From Chlamydiales bacterium (GTDB taxonomy: Bacteria; Chlamydiota; Chlamydiia; Chlamydiales; JAAKFR01), in contig JAFIGI010000012.1 of assembly GCA_020831465.1 (NCBI GenBank), positions 2,073 through 66,072 of the forward strand: a stretch of DNA of 64,000 nucleotides. The letters run 5' to 3'. Within the stretch, counting starts at the first letter, position 1; the number at the start of each line of letters is the position of its first letter. Shown piece after piece: positions 63,550-64,000 of the stretch. The notes below the pieces were generated by a model. It was not told the DNA's origin and did not search any database. It saw only the letters and a program-made list of their open reading frames with translations. The position numbers and the translations under genes are program-made.

Positions 63550-64000
63550 CTAAGCCTCAGCTAAACTTTCTTTGGTCCTGTGCATGGTCTCTTCCAGAAC
63601 CGTCGAGATCAGGGCGGTCCATCCGGTCTGGTGGCTGGCGCCCAACCCCTTCCCTGTCTCTGCATGATAATACTCGTGGAATAGGACAAGATCTTTCCAG
63701 TGGGGCTCTGTCGCATATCGGAAGTCGTGCCCATGGCAGGGGCGCAACCCTTCGCCGTCGGGTTTGAAGATCCTACAGAGGCGGCAGTTGAGCTCGATGC
63801 GTACCTGCTGCAAATTGAGAAAGCGGCCTGAACCGAAGGGATATTCGACTTTTACGTCGTCTCCGTAGAAATGGTAGTAGCGCTCAAGCGCATCAATGAT
63901 GAGGTGGTTGAGGGGAAACCAGATCGGGCCGCGCCAGTTGGAATTTCCTCCGAACATATAGCTGTTCCCTTCGCCTGGGACATAGTCGACAATATGGGTT
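63550..64000 (-). CDS. GH63-like glucosidase (six-hairpin glycosidase), C-terminal part; gene continues past the window end
   Basis: YMFGGNSNWRGPIWFPLNHLIIDALERYY...GASHQTGWTALI. The reading frame stays open upstream of the listed M to position 64000 (own translation ...THIVDYVPGEGNSYMFGG). Confidence 0.7.
   Translation of the reverse strand, partial: THIVDYVPGEGNSYMFGGNSNWRGPIWFPLNHLIIDALERYYHFYGDDVKVEYPFGSGRFLNLQQVRIELNCRLCRIFKPDGEGLRPCHGHDFRYATEPHWKDLVLFHEYYHAETGKGLGASHQTGWTALISTVLEETMHRTKESLAEA

Noticed and set aside
1-64000. Search for CRISPR arrays, IS elements, transposases, integrases, prophage or toxin-antitoxin modules, including next to the two tRNA genes (53449-53532 and 61813-61886).
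   Set aside because: No regularly spaced direct repeats were found. The palindromic repeats are dispersed single units, not arrays. No ORF carries DDE, tyrosine-recombinase or serine-recombinase motifs. I could find no duplicated tRNA 3' ends that would mark an integrated island.

Overview
This window is a chromosomal segment from a member of the phylum Chlamydiae, most likely a Chlamydia-related (non-Chlamydiaceae) lineage. GC is in the high 40s percent by eye, with a few AT-rich islands. The family cannot be named without a database search. The diagnostic genes are a MOMP-family porin, cysteine-rich envelope proteins (OmcB plus two OmcA-like lipoproteins), a Euo-like regulator, a SWIB-domain protein, the CtcB/CtcC two-component pair, and a giant SecDF fusion. 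Gene order is nearly colinear with C. trachomatis CT434-CT470 as I recall that map. I can support about 60 protein genes, most of them housekeeping. They cover the str ribosomal cluster, aminoacyl-tRNA synthetases, isoprenoid and phospholipid synthesis, murA, recJ/recO, scpAB, and prfB with its programmed +1 frameshift. There are two tRNAs, Leu-CAA and Arg-TCG. I found no rRNA, no CRISPR array, and no transposase, integrase or phage genes. I see no large coherent novel multi-gene system. The non-core material is small and scattered:

- Two tandem, divergent Cys-His-Asp (YopT/C58-like) putative effector genes sit between argS and plsC. A plsC pseudogene fragment marks the duplication, and a single-base frame break disconnects the second copy from its apparent start codon.
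- The omcA-like genes are tandemly duplicated and carry Cys-Pro-Pro repeat arrays. They share upstream modules and a translation-initiation leader that omcB also has.
- A family of intergenic palindromic repeats (TATAGCAG...GTTGAAAAATTTACATTTT) occurs in three full copies and one half copy. Arm substitutions are compensated between copies.
- Three further long hairpin or nested-hairpin elements lie in the rpsL-rpsG spacer, upstream of the yaeI-like gene, and between tRNA-Arg and recO.
- An AT-rich orphan gene of 435 aa contains an internal repeat.
- A PurA-like protein keeps its GTP-binding motifs but has degenerate IMP-binding motifs.
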